Notes under the pieces: generated by a model | Seen by the model: only the letters and a program-made list of their open reading frames with translations | What the model was told of the DNA's origin: nothing | The model's database searches: none | Position numbers and translations under genes: made by a program | Origin: a virus | Length of the DNA: 64,000 bases | Reading direction: 5' to 3' (one strand) | Virus record (IMG/VR): IMGVR_UViG_3300043788_000023 | Coordinates: 32,001-96,000 of that record | Part shown: in pieces, positions 27,249 through 36,400 of the stretch | Numbering within the stretch: position 1 is the stretch's first letter | Layout of the letters: the number at the start of each line of letters is the position of its first letter

Positions 27249-29168
27249 ATGGCTAACAACATTGTTCTACAGCCCGCCAGCGCCAATAACGGCGACGCAT
27301 TCGCCCTAACAGGCGTCTCTAGCGTTTACCACCAGCCGTCAGCGTTTCAGCCCATCGGCGTGACTGTCTACAGCACCGCCAGCATCCCGGCGAACGCGAA
27401 CAACGCCCTCGCAGGCAAGGCGCTCGTTATCTCCGGTTTCGCCGCAGCAGGCAACAACGGCACGTTCCTCGTCCTCTCGTCCACAGCGACGACCGTCACC
27501 ACCAACAACGCAAACGGCGTGGTTGTCGTGGCAGCCGGACTCGCATCTTATTCAGCGCCGGGGTTTCCAGTTCATTGGTCATCCAAGATTGAAAAGCTCG
27601 CAAACACCAACCAAGGCGACAACGTCAGCGTGAACCTCGCTGGCGGTGAGACCCTCGTCGCAATCGCATTCGGTCTGAAGAGCCTGTGGCCCTTTGACCA
27701 GCTTCACGGCACGGAACCTTACTACCCGCAATTCGGCAACAGCGCTGGCACCAGCGGCAACTACCCGAATGGTGGCTTCGCCATCGGTGAACTCGCTGGC
27801 TTGAACGACTTCAACGCCAACCCTGTGATTTCGGACAACTCGTCCGTCACTCCTGAGTCGCCGTTTGACGCACAACTCGGTACGGCAGCCAACTACGCAC
27901 TGCTCGCAGCCTCGGGCATCACGAACACTGGCTCTTCCGTCATCACTGGCGGAAACGTCGGATCATTCCCGACCGCGACCATCACGCCTGGTGCATGGAC
28001 CCTGACTCCTCCGGCAGTGGTTGACAACTCCGACGCAGCAGCAGCACAAGCTGCGGTGGTTCCGGCAGTCACCTACTTCAACGGCTTGACTGCAACTCAG
28101 TCCGGTCTCGCCAACCTCTCCACCAACGATGGTGGCGGTGGCGCAGGTGTTTACCACGCTGGCGTGTTCGTCGGCGGCGCACTTGACATCCCGACCAGCA
28201 TCACGCTGGATGCGCAGGGCAACCCGAACGCTACGTTCGTGTTCCGCTCCGCTTCCACCACGACGCTTGAGTCTGGCGCATCCATCATCCTCGCAAACGG
28301 CGCACAGCCGCAGAACGTGGTCTGGATCGTCGGTAGCTCTTTCACCTCTATCTTCGCCGTTACCTCCAATATGGTCGGTACGATCATTGCCCACACGTCA
28401 GTCACGCTGGGCGGGGGAACCTTGAAGGGTCGTGCAATCGCTCAGACTGGCGCGATCACCATCTCGTCGGCGGACAACATCACCGTGTCCAGCATCGGCG
28501 GTAGCGTCAACAACTGGACGCTTGTCGCACACATCAACCTCGTGGACTCGGACTACACCGTTGCGTACCCCTTCTCCGGACCTTTGGCGAATGGTACCCT
28601 GAGTCCGTTCGTGCCATCCAATCCGTACCAGTCCAGCAAGTGGAGCATTGACGGCTACTACCCGAGCCTGTACGTTTGGGTCGCCACGGCTGCAAACGCT
28701 GGGACGTACAACATCAACCTCAACTCCGTTTATCAGAACGGCATCATTGAACCTGCGGACCTCGCGGCTGGCAAGCAGATTTTTGACGGCGGCGTGAACT
28801 TCCAAGTCTTCAAGTTCACGGGCGCTGGCAACCCGGAAGTCTCCTTCGCTATCGGAACGTCATCGGCGGCGGTTGCAACTCCCGGCCCGATCACGACAAC
28901 CGCAGCGAACGGCGACGCCCTCATCTCTATCGGCTTGATGAAGAACGGCAACGTCTTCAGCGCAGGCACGCAGAATGTGGGCGGCGGTGTGGCAACTGGT
29001 GCGGCAATGACCCAGATTTCTACAGGCAAGCTGGTTGGTTCCGAAGCCCACTACATGGTGGAATACGGGACGACTGCTCCTGGTTCGGCTGGTTCCTTCA
29101 ACCCGAACTTCTCTAACCCCCTCGGGTACGAGATGGTCATCGCGTCAATCGGCATCCTGTCCACCTAA
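27249..29168 (+). CDS. Virion-type protein with inserted ice-binding (DUF3494) domain
   Basis: LGTAANYALLAASGITNTGSSVITGG...ITLDAQGNPNATFVF...GAQPQNVVWIVGSS...GTIIAHTSVTL...GRAIAQTGAIT. Own late motif upstream and terminator downstream. Confidence 0.8.
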   Translation: MANNIVLQPASANNGDAFALTGVSSVYHQPSAFQPIGVTVYSTASIPANANNALAGKALVISGFAAAGNNGTFLVLSSTATTVTTNNANGVVVVAAGLASYSAPGFPVHWSSKIEKLANTNQGDNVSVNLAGGETLVAIAFGLKSLWPFDQLHGTEPYYPQFGNSAGTSGNYPNGGFAIGELAGLNDFNANPVISDNSSVTPESPFDAQLGTAANYALLAASGITNTGSSVITGGNVGSFPTATITPGAWTLTPPAVVDNSDAAAAQAAVVPAVTYFNGLTATQSGLANLSTNDGGGGAGVYHAGVFVGGALDIPTSITLDAQGNPNATFVFRSASTTTLESGASIILANGAQPQNVVWIVGSSFTSIFAVTSNMVGTIIAHTSVTLGGGTLKGRAIAQTGAITISSADNITVSSIGGSVNNWTLVAHINLVDSDYTVAYPFSGPLANGTLSPFVPSNPYQSSKWSIDGYYPSLYVWVATAANAGTYNINLNSVYQNGIIEPADLAAGKQIFDGGVNFQVFKFTGAGNPEVSFAIGTSSAAVATPGPITTTAANGDALISIGLMKNGNVFSAGTQNVGGGVATGAAMTQISTGKLVGSEAHYMVEYGTTAPGSAGSFNPNFSNPLGYEMVIASIGILST

Positions 29169-29186
29169 GCCTTTTGGCAAACAACG

Positions 29187-29220
29187 AAGGGCGGGCCTAA
29201 AAAGCCCGCCCTTTTTCTTT
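29187..29220 (+). terminator. Rho-independent terminator
   Basis: AAGGGCGGGC-loop-GCCCGCCCTT followed by a T tract. Confidence 0.8.
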
Positions 29221-29346
29221 TGGATTCTCCGAAAAACTCCAGTATTGGGTATTATTGCAGTGTGAGGGACTACTCAGCCTTCGGGCTACACTTGTCCAGT
29301 ATCCACTATACGCCAAATTTTGCGTAGTTCAAGAGGAAAAGGACAA

Positions 29347-30084
29347 GTGAGCGAAAACACCCCGTATTTTGATAGCATCACATCGGCTCGATCAATGCTG
29401 CTGAACGAAGAAGAGCAGCTTGAAGGCACCACCACAATCAGCCTTGAAACATGCGCTGACATGACAGAGGAAGACATCCTCACCTACGTCATGGAAAACT
29501 TCTCGGAATTCCTGAAGTTCCTCCGCTACCTGAAGAAGGAAGACCAAGAGCTTCTGCTCTCGTACTACCTGCTGAGCAAGACCCAAAACACCCTCGCCAT
29601 CATCCACAAGTCCACGCAGACGGTCTGCTCGTTCCGCATCCGCATGGCGGTCAAGACGCTGGCTTGTTTCATCATGATGGGGGAGCCGACCGTTGACCAC
29701 ATGCACGGCATCCTTGAACAGGCAGGGATGGAAAAAAGTCTGGAGAAAATTGATCTGTCAGAGATCATTGACCTCTACGCGAAGACACGCTCATTCCAGC
29801 GGATCGCAGAAGTCCACGGGCTGCACCGCCCCGACATACGCCGTGCCATGAGCCGGGCGTCCAAGGCGCTCATGGAATCCAAAGACCCGAACGAGCACGC
29901 CCTCGGCGCATACATCCACAGCTTGATTGACAAGGCGAATCCGTCAGGGGTGGGCTACAGCAAGAGGAAGATGCAGAAGTTAGGGCACATCTACAGGGTT
30001 GATCCGCCGCTACTCGGTGAGTTCCGAATCAAGGTGTCAGACCCGGACTTTGACCACATGTTCGTGAGCCGGGCGAACCGCTAG
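29347..30084 (+). CDS. Sigma region-4-like tandem HTH regulator
   Basis: LKKEDQELLLSYYLLSKTQNTLAIIHKSTQTVCSFRIRMAVKTL and SFQRIAEVHGLHRPDIRRAMSRA; GTG start after AAAGGA. Confidence 0.6.
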   Translation: MSENTPYFDSITSARSMLLNEEEQLEGTTTISLETCADMTEEDILTYVMENFSEFLKFLRYLKKEDQELLLSYYLLSKTQNTLAIIHKSTQTVCSFRIRMAVKTLACFIMMGEPTVDHMHGILEQAGMEKSLEKIDLSEIIDLYAKTRSFQRIAEVHGLHRPDIRRAMSRASKALMESKDPNEHALGAYIHSLIDKANPSGVGYSKRKMQKLGHIYRVDPPLLGEFRIKVSDPDFDHMFVSRANR

Positions 30085-30455
30085 ACTTTTTCTTTGGCGG
30101 ATTTCTCGGCTTCTTCAACCTTCTCAATCAGTTGTTCCGCCATCACTTCGGTCACAATCATCTCAAGCTGGTCGCTCGGAATCTTGGCGTACCAGTTGCC
30201 GTTCCACTGAATAGGCAACGACAGCTTCCGTATCAAGTGACCCAATTCCTGCTCCATCGCATAGTGAAACCCGCAGCCCATGTAAAGCACCTTGGACAGT
30301 TTGCCGATGCGGGGGGCGATGTCGGTCAAGAGCCGCATCTGCATTTCCTCACGCCACTCGTTGTACTTGTCGGCTTCGGCGAGAAGGACGGCAGAATTCT
30401 CACGCCACTTTTCGTAGGTCATTTCCGGCAGCTTCAATTTGTTGTCGTCGCTCAT
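30081..30455 (-). CDS. Hypothetical early protein
   Basis: Immediately downstream of the TGGACA/TATACT promoter (very short leader). Confidence 0.6.
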   Translation of the reverse strand: MSDDNKLKLPEMTYEKWRENSAVLLAEADKYNEWREEMQMRLLTDIAPRIGKLSKVLYMGCGFHYAMEQELGHLIRKLSLPIQWNGNWYAKIPSDQLEMIVTEVMAEQLIEKVEEAEKSAKEKV

Positions 30456-30461
30456 ACCATC

Positions 30462-30492
30462 AGTATACAGCGAGCGGGGAGGTATTGTCCAG
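30462..30492 (-). promoter_or_regulatory. Early promoter CTGGACA-N14-GCTGTATACT
   Basis: TGGACA-18-TATACT; same motif at 32197 and 60672. Confidence 0.7.
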
Positions 30493-30517
30493 CCCTAAGA
30501 CGTTGAAAACAAGGTTC

Positions 30518-30658
30518 TTAATCTTTGGGGATGCGGAAAATCAGACTCAGGAGGGAGACCCAAATCCAGTCTATCGCAAGGAAGATGCCTAGAACGCAGA
30601 GCACGAGAAAGGCGCAACCGAACGCCAGCAGTAAGTCGGAGAATAGGTTGAACAGCAT
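30518..30658 (-). CDS. Small hydrophobic membrane protein, 46 aa
   Basis: Manual ORF MLFNLFSDLLLAFGCAFLVLCVLGIFLAIDWIW...; abuts upstream stop. Confidence 0.4.
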   Translation of the reverse strand: MLFNLFSDLLLAFGCAFLVLCVLGIFLAIDWIWVSLLSLIFRIPKD

Positions 30659-30844
30659 TTATTGAATTGGCTCTACTCGGTACTCTCTCAATAACCCCGT
30701 TATGACGCCGTCTTTACGGTTTTGCTTTCTTGCCCAGCGTTCCGCTGCCCCAAATGTCATAAACTCGGCACGTTTCCCGTTCTTGAGATCGGCGTCGTAC
30801 TCACACTTCATCAGCAGGTTGATCCACACGATCTTGAATTTCAT
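30659..30844 (-). CDS. Hypothetical protein, 61 aa
   Basis: Tightly packed in the early operon. Confidence 0.55.
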   Translation of the reverse strand: MKFKIVWINLLMKCEYDADLKNGKRAEFMTFGAAERWARKQNRKDGVITGLLREYRVEPIQ

Positions 30845-31258
30845 CTAAGCTTTTCTCGTCGGGAAGTCGGTTCTGTTGTCTGGCTTTTCCTTGGGTTTAG
30901 GTTCGCCCTTCTTGGGGGTGGCGAAGTCAATCACCACCACTGACACGGGGATGCCCTGCACTCCAAGGCTCCCTCCGGGGGTTGTTTCCGTTGCGAAATT
31001 GGCGAAGTCCAGAAAGAAGGCGTCCACCGAATCTTTGTGAAGATACACGGTGAGGTACGAATGTTCCTCGCCGTTGAGCAAATCCGTTTCGCCGCAGATC
31101 GCAACACGCACGGCAAGGTGTTCAGACAGCACGTACCGCTTGATCAGTGCCTCTCTCGCCGATAGGAGTTTCTCCATCGTGTGGTCGGGCTGCGACTGCG
31201 CGGCGCAAGAGGAGGTCAGCACCAGTGCTAGGGCAGCGGCTATCAGGACTCTTTTCAT
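30845..31258 (-). CDS. Secreted/lipoprotein-like protein
   Basis: Signal peptide MKRVLIAAALALVLTSSC; GGAGGAG SD. Confidence 0.6.
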   Translation of the reverse strand: MKRVLIAAALALVLTSSCAAQSQPDHTMEKLLSAREALIKRYVLSEHLAVRVAICGETDLLNGEEHSYLTVYLHKDSVDAFFLDFANFATETTPGGSLGVQGIPVSVVVIDFATPKKGEPKPKEKPDNRTDFPTRKA

Positions 31259-31260
31259 GA

Positions 31261-31500
31261 CTACTCCTCCAAAAAGGACTTTAGGGCGAAACTCATGACC
31301 GCGATTAAGAGAAATGCAGCAAGTGCAGCGTACTCGGCGGCACGGTCGGGTGCTACTCCAAAGATAGAGTAGAATACGCTGTAAAGCAAGAAATTAACGA
31401 CCAGTGCGAAAAGCACCAAGATCATCCGGTGAGGGGAACGGACACGGTACGAGACGCTGTGATGTTCTTTGGCGGCGGTTAGGGTGGTGGGTGGCTTCAC
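31261..31500 (-). CDS. Small two-TM membrane protein
   Basis: Two hydrophobic helices; GGAGG SD before GTG. Confidence 0.55.
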   Translation of the reverse strand: MKPPTTLTAAKEHHSVSYRVRSPHRMILVLFALVVNFLLYSVFYSIFGVAPDRAAEYAALAAFLLIAVMSFALKSFLEE

Positions 31501-31501
31501 G

Positions 31502-32176
31502 TTACCTCCGTCCTACGAACTGCGACTTGAACTGTTTTTCGGCAACGCCATAACGGGCGGTGACGTAGTTGCTGCCGCCGCCAGACTCACGAGAATCCTG
31601 ATTGTACTCGTCGTTGCCGACAATCTCGCCGCCAGTGCCACGAGTCCAGACCACACGGTTGAGGCGGTTGAAGAACTCTCTGCCCATCGCATTAGAACGG
31701 GCACGTTCTACGCTGTGGTTGTTCTCGGAAACCTGCCAAATGACAAGGCGCAAATCCTTCTTGAAGCCGATGCCAGCTTCGTTGCCGACCGGAATGACGG
31801 TCGCACTCTGTTTGAGTGGGGCAAACTGGCTCTTCTTCGGAGCCTTCGGCTTACGGCTGCGCTGCCACGTAAACCCCTTGCCCTCAATTTCTTTCTTCTC
31901 GTTTGGGAAGATGGCGTCCGTAATTTCATAACCACCGTCAACGTCGCCGATGTACTGGCGCATGCTGCCGTTGGTGAGCATATTCTCAAGAGAGGCGTGG
32001 TAATCGTAGCCCCGCTTGCCCTTGCCGAGTTCTTTGAGGTTGACGTAGAGATGTTGAGCGTGGTTGAACAGGCGGGACTGCCGTGCGTTGTAGGACGCAA
32101 TCAGGTCGCGTCGGACGGGGCCAAATTCCTTGGTGCTGAGCTTGATTTCGCCTCGTTCCCACTCGTTTCTGCTCAT
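31502..32176 (-). CDS. Hypothetical early protein, 224 aa
   Basis: First gene after an early promoter; GGAGG SD. Confidence 0.7.
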   Translation of the reverse strand: MSRNEWERGEIKLSTKEFGPVRRDLIASYNARQSRLFNHAQHLYVNLKELGKGKRGYDYHASLENMLTNGSMRQYIGDVDGGYEITDAIFPNEKKEIEGKGFTWQRSRKPKAPKKSQFAPLKQSATVIPVGNEAGIGFKKDLRLVIWQVSENNHSVERARSNAMGREFFNRLNRVVWTRGTGGEIVGNDEYNQDSRESGGGSNYVTARYGVAEKQFKSQFVGRR

Positions 32177-32196
32177 TCGTCATTCCCTCCAGCTAT

Positions 32197-32227
32197 AGTA
32201 TACAGCGAGGAGGCTCGGAATGTCCAG
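32197..32227 (-). promoter_or_regulatory. Early promoter CTGGACA-N14-GCTGTATACT
   Basis: TGGACA-18-TATACT upstream of 32176. Confidence 0.7.
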
Positions 32228-32252
32228 CCATAAGTGACAGAAAAATAAGAAC

Positions 32253-32468
32253 TTATATGTGATGTGGGGGTCTTACGACCGTCAGAACCACGTGGAATTC
32301 CACGTCTGCATTCTCGGGGGAGGCTAAAACAGTGTCGTATTCTCCCTTGAGTTGGCGGGCTGCTTCCTCAAAGGCTGCGTCCTGCCCGTGATCCGTGCGG
32401 GACGAAGGAGTGACGATGGCGTGCTTTGCGGTGATGCCGGGGACACTTGCGTGACAAAACGTATCCAC
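32253..32468 (-). CDS. Hypothetical protein, 71 aa
   Basis: AGAGGT SD before GTG. Confidence 0.5.
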   Translation of the reverse strand: MDTFCHASVPGITAKHAIVTPSSRTDHGQDAAFEEAARQLKGEYDTVLASPENADVEFHVVLTVVRPPHHI

Positions 32469-32484
32469 GTTGCACCTCTTTTAG

Positions 32485-33447
32485 TTAACGCTTCGCTGCT
32501 GCCGCCTTGTTACCGGGCGTCTCGCCCTTACCCTGAGACTGCGGGATGTTCTTGACGAACTCTTCCGCTGCGGGAGCCTGCGGCGTGCCGGGGGAGACGA
32601 TCTGCGTTAGCGGACGTGTCCTTCCCTGCTTGCCTGCGCCAACTTCGGTCTTGCCTTGAGCCTGCGGAATATCCTTGACGAACGACTCGGCTGATGCCGG
32701 GGTTTCGTTGGCACGACGACGGCGGGCGGATGCGTTCACTGCCTCGCCCTGCGCCTGCGGGATTTCCATCTTCTTCGGGGCTTCGGGCTTACCCTCGCTG
32801 TTGCGGTCGGTCACGAAACCTGCTGCGCCGGGGCCGCTGTTTGCTACACGGGGGACGTCAACCTGCTCGGGAGTCTTGGGCTGTCCACTCTCGTCACGGT
32901 CAGTTGCGAACCAATCGGAGCCAGCGCCTTCCTTGATCTCTTCGTCAACCGGGGCTTCCTCTTCAATACCTTCGGCGATCTCTTCGCCTTCTGCCTCGCC
33001 GTGTTCAATCTCGGCAACGCCTTCCTCGGCGAATGCTTCCTCTGCCGGGGTAGCGTTCAGGTCAACACCAAGCTGATCGGCCGCCAGTTCCAGAGTTCCG
33101 GCGATCTCGTCAAGGCTCTTGTATGCCTCTTGGACTGCCTCGGCGAGCAGTTCGGGGGATTCCTCGGCGTAACGTACGAATTCCTTGGCGTACTTCCGGG
33201 CTGCCGCCACACGAACCTTGAGAGACGCACCCTTGGGGGCTTGGACGAGGTCTAGGTTATCCCTGAGATTCTGAAAGCCCTCGGCTGCTGCTACGCAAAG
33301 CTCAGCCAGCTTGGCGAGCTTCTTCTCAAAGTCGGTCGCGCCTTCCGTTGCGGCGTGGCGCATCTGCGCCCACTTCGCCTTGGTCGCCGCCTGCTTTTCA
33401 GCCTTGCGGGCTTGGATTTTCTTCAGTAATTCGGCTCGATTTGCCAT
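32485..33447 (-). CDS. Scaffold-like coiled-coil/acidic head protein
   Basis: Start MANRAE with GAGG SD; coiled coil then acidic region and repeats F.TDR...G.P..P and FVK.IPQ.QGK.E; KxA/RxA linkers. Confidence 0.6.
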   Translation of the reverse strand: MANRAELLKKIQARKAEKQAATKAKWAQMRHAATEGATDFEKKLAKLAELCVAAAEGFQNLRDNLDLVQAPKGASLKVRVAAARKYAKEFVRYAEESPELLAEAVQEAYKSLDEIAGTLELAADQLGVDLNATPAEEAFAEEGVAEIEHGEAEGEEIAEGIEEEAPVDEEIKEGAGSDWFATDRDESGQPKTPEQVDVPRVANSGPGAAGFVTDRNSEGKPEAPKKMEIPQAQGEAVNASARRRRANETPASAESFVKDIPQAQGKTEVGAGKQGRTRPLTQIVSPGTPQAPAAEEFVKNIPQSQGKGETPGNKAAAAKR

Positions 33448-33478
33448 AGATAGCCTCTCTCTTAATGGGTTCCGTAGC

Positions 33479-36400
33479 TTAAATGTCCTGTGCCAAGTCC
33501 AAATCGCAATCCTCGCAGAGCCACCCCGCAGCAGGCTGTGTTGGGTCTGAGGCACTTGAAAAATCCTCGGACACACGCCACTGTACGTCGGGTTTCTCCA
33601 AGCCACACTGTTCGCACTTTGCCATGTGCGGCGGCCATGTCTTGCGTTCTTCCTCGGTGTACATCTCCGGGTTAGCCAGAGCTTCTGGGTCAATTTCGCC
33701 GCTGAACCCTGCATCCGCCATAAGACGGTGTTCTTCCGCCGTGATCAGAGCGCCCATCATGTGATACTTGGCGTTTGGAAGTTCCGGCTCAACGGTGTGC
33801 TTTTTCACGAGCGGTTGCTTCCCGCTCCCGTTTCCTGGGTCCTCTTCACTCGGCATGATCGCCACGGTAGTGCCGCCCGGTGCGGCGGGCTGTACCTGCG
33901 GACGGACGAGGTTCATCTGCTGCTGCACGTTCGGGGGAGGCGGCGCTGCGGGTGCAGCAGCGGCGTCTTTCATTCCAGTCAGCAAGCCGTTGGTGGAAGG
34001 ACCGCTAGTCCTGTGCTCGTAGAAATTCTCACGCCAGAGATCACCAGCGCCACGGTCATCGTCATTGCCGCTGTTAGACCCTGCTGCGGTCTTCTGTTGC
34101 GAACGGTACCAGAGATCAACTTCCTTGTCCATGGCGTCGTCTGTGTCTTGGTATGGAATGTCTTCCTCGTAGTCTTTGCGGGACCACATCGGCTTTTGCA
34201 TCCACCAAGACGCGCCGTGCCACTCCTCGTCCTTGGTCCAGCCGTGCGCTACCAGCCACTCTTCCTTCTTGTCCTGCGGAAGGACGAACAGAATGTCAAG
34301 GTTGTACTCGTCGGGAATAGCCTCTTCCCCGCCAGCAGCGGTGTGCTGCTCAGTCTCTTCAAATACGGACTCGCACTTCGGGCAGATGTAATCTTTCTTG
34401 GGTGCAGCAACACCACTCGGGTCGGAAAGCTCGTTCAGGCGCAGCGGAGTTCCGCAGTCCGGGCAAGGTATCTCAGACTCGGGCAGGGTGCGGACGAAAG
34501 CACGTTCCTCTTCATCCAACCTCCCGCCTATCCATTCCAGCCCTGACTGCTTGTCAAACTGATCCAAGCGTTCCGCCTCGTACATGGCGTCAACATCCGG
34601 CTCGGGACCTTCCTCAAACTCTCCACCGACTTCGCCCATTCTCTCAATGGCACTCCACTCGTCGCCGGGCATCTCACGGTAGTCACGCACGGGACTGCCG
34701 GACACCAATCCGCCCGTGTAAGTGAACTCGTCGCAGTCATCGCACCAAATCTTGTAAGTTTCGGGATCAGGCGCATCAATTTCCACATTGGAGCCGTGGC
34801 ACTTCGGGCACGTAATTTCCTCAGGGTCGGCGCTTGCCATATTGGACATCTCACCCTCGGTGCCTGGCGGAACGTTCACAATTTTCGGCGTGATGCCGGG
34901 TGTGCGTGGCGCAGTCATCGGTGCATTCGGGCTGTGCGGTCCGGGGGCTTGGTCAATCGCTTCGGGCACAGCCATAGGCTCGCCCTTGCCGGGAGTATTC
35001 GGCGTTGTCACGTTCTGTTCCTGCATCGTGACCGTGGTGTTACCGCTGCCCTGCGCCTTCTTTCCAGTCAGCGGAAGAGGCTTCGGCGAACGGCGTGGGA
35101 TCATACGCTTCTCTACTTCAACTGGTTTGGTCTCACGAACAAGCTCTGGCGATTCAACCCCGGTTGGAGATACAGGGAACACTGCTTGCGAACCGCAGGT
35201 CTCGCACCCGCCGCCCTTGTTGTCAAGCAGACCAACCGCACCGCAGTCCATGCACTGCCAGTTTCCCGTCTCGGATTCACGGGTTTGTAGTGGATGGGTT
35301 GGAATGACAGGGTCTTGGGGACGCTTGTGCAAAGGCGTGGGCTTTCTGGGTTCATCAATGTTGAGAAGAGAGGAAGGGTCCACAGCCTTTTTGCCCAAAC
35401 TGGGAAGCCCGCCAGAAACCGTGCGGTAGTCCATTTCTGACTTCCGAGGCTTGAGGATAGCTTCTGTGTCTGCCTCCCATTGCTTTCTGTTCTTCCGCTT
35501 TGCTTCTGCTTTGCGTTCCTTCTCTTTCTGAGGATCACACCCTTTGAGGTGCCTCTCCAACAAGTCATGCCGAATCCTGCGAGAGCAGCGGGGGCACTCT
35601 TCGTTGTGCATATCGCCAGCCGCCATGCGGGGTTCCCTGAGTTCCGTTGTGTCCGACTCGCCCGACACGTACGCCGTGTCCGGGTAGGTTTCGTTGCTGA
35701 TTGCCTGACCGTCCGCATCGTTGAATTCGTGCGGGAGCATTGCCTTCTTGCCAGCGGTGTTCATGCCACGTAGGAAGTCCTTATCGGTGTCCTGCTCAAT
35801 CTGGCTCAGTGTGTCGTCAATCTTGCTGGGTGCAGCATACCCTTCTTGTTCACGCTCGGGGTAGAACGCCTTCCATTCATCAATGATGTCGGACTGTCCC
35901 TTGCCGTCTTCCTCATGCTCCAAGATCATCTGGTTGAGGTACTGGTAGCCTTCGGTAGTTAGCGGGTTCTCCAAGAATTCACCGCAATGGGCGCAGTGCT
36001 CGGGTCCGTCGGATTCTTGGTTGTAGTATGGACCCTTCGGGTACTTGTCGGAGTCGTAGGATGCTTCGTCGCTCGGGTTAGCAGGCGTGTAGCCCTTCTT
36101 GTCAAGACGACGCTTCAGTGCATCGCCGCAAGCCTCACAGTAAACGTCGGACTGGTAAATATACTCGCCCTTGCCGGGGTTGTACGCCGCCTTCTCCATG
36201 GCGAACTTGTGCGCCACACTTGCGAGGATCGGGTCTTTCTCTTCCGGCACAAGGTAGGCAGGCTGCGCATGACGGCGTGGTTGTAGCCTTCCGGCGTTTG
36301 TGAAGGAGAACGCATGCTCCTTGAGCCATTGTTCGTCGGTCTGTAGCGGAATCGTGGGGTGCTGGTGTCCCTCGGCCGAGTTCGTGTTGACGTACGGCTC

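Noticed and set aside
29265-29300. Fourth CTGGACA-N14-GCTG promoter-like copy on the minus strand
   Set aside because: The -10 reads AGTAGT rather than TATACT, and it points into a terminator with no downstream gene; too weak to call.
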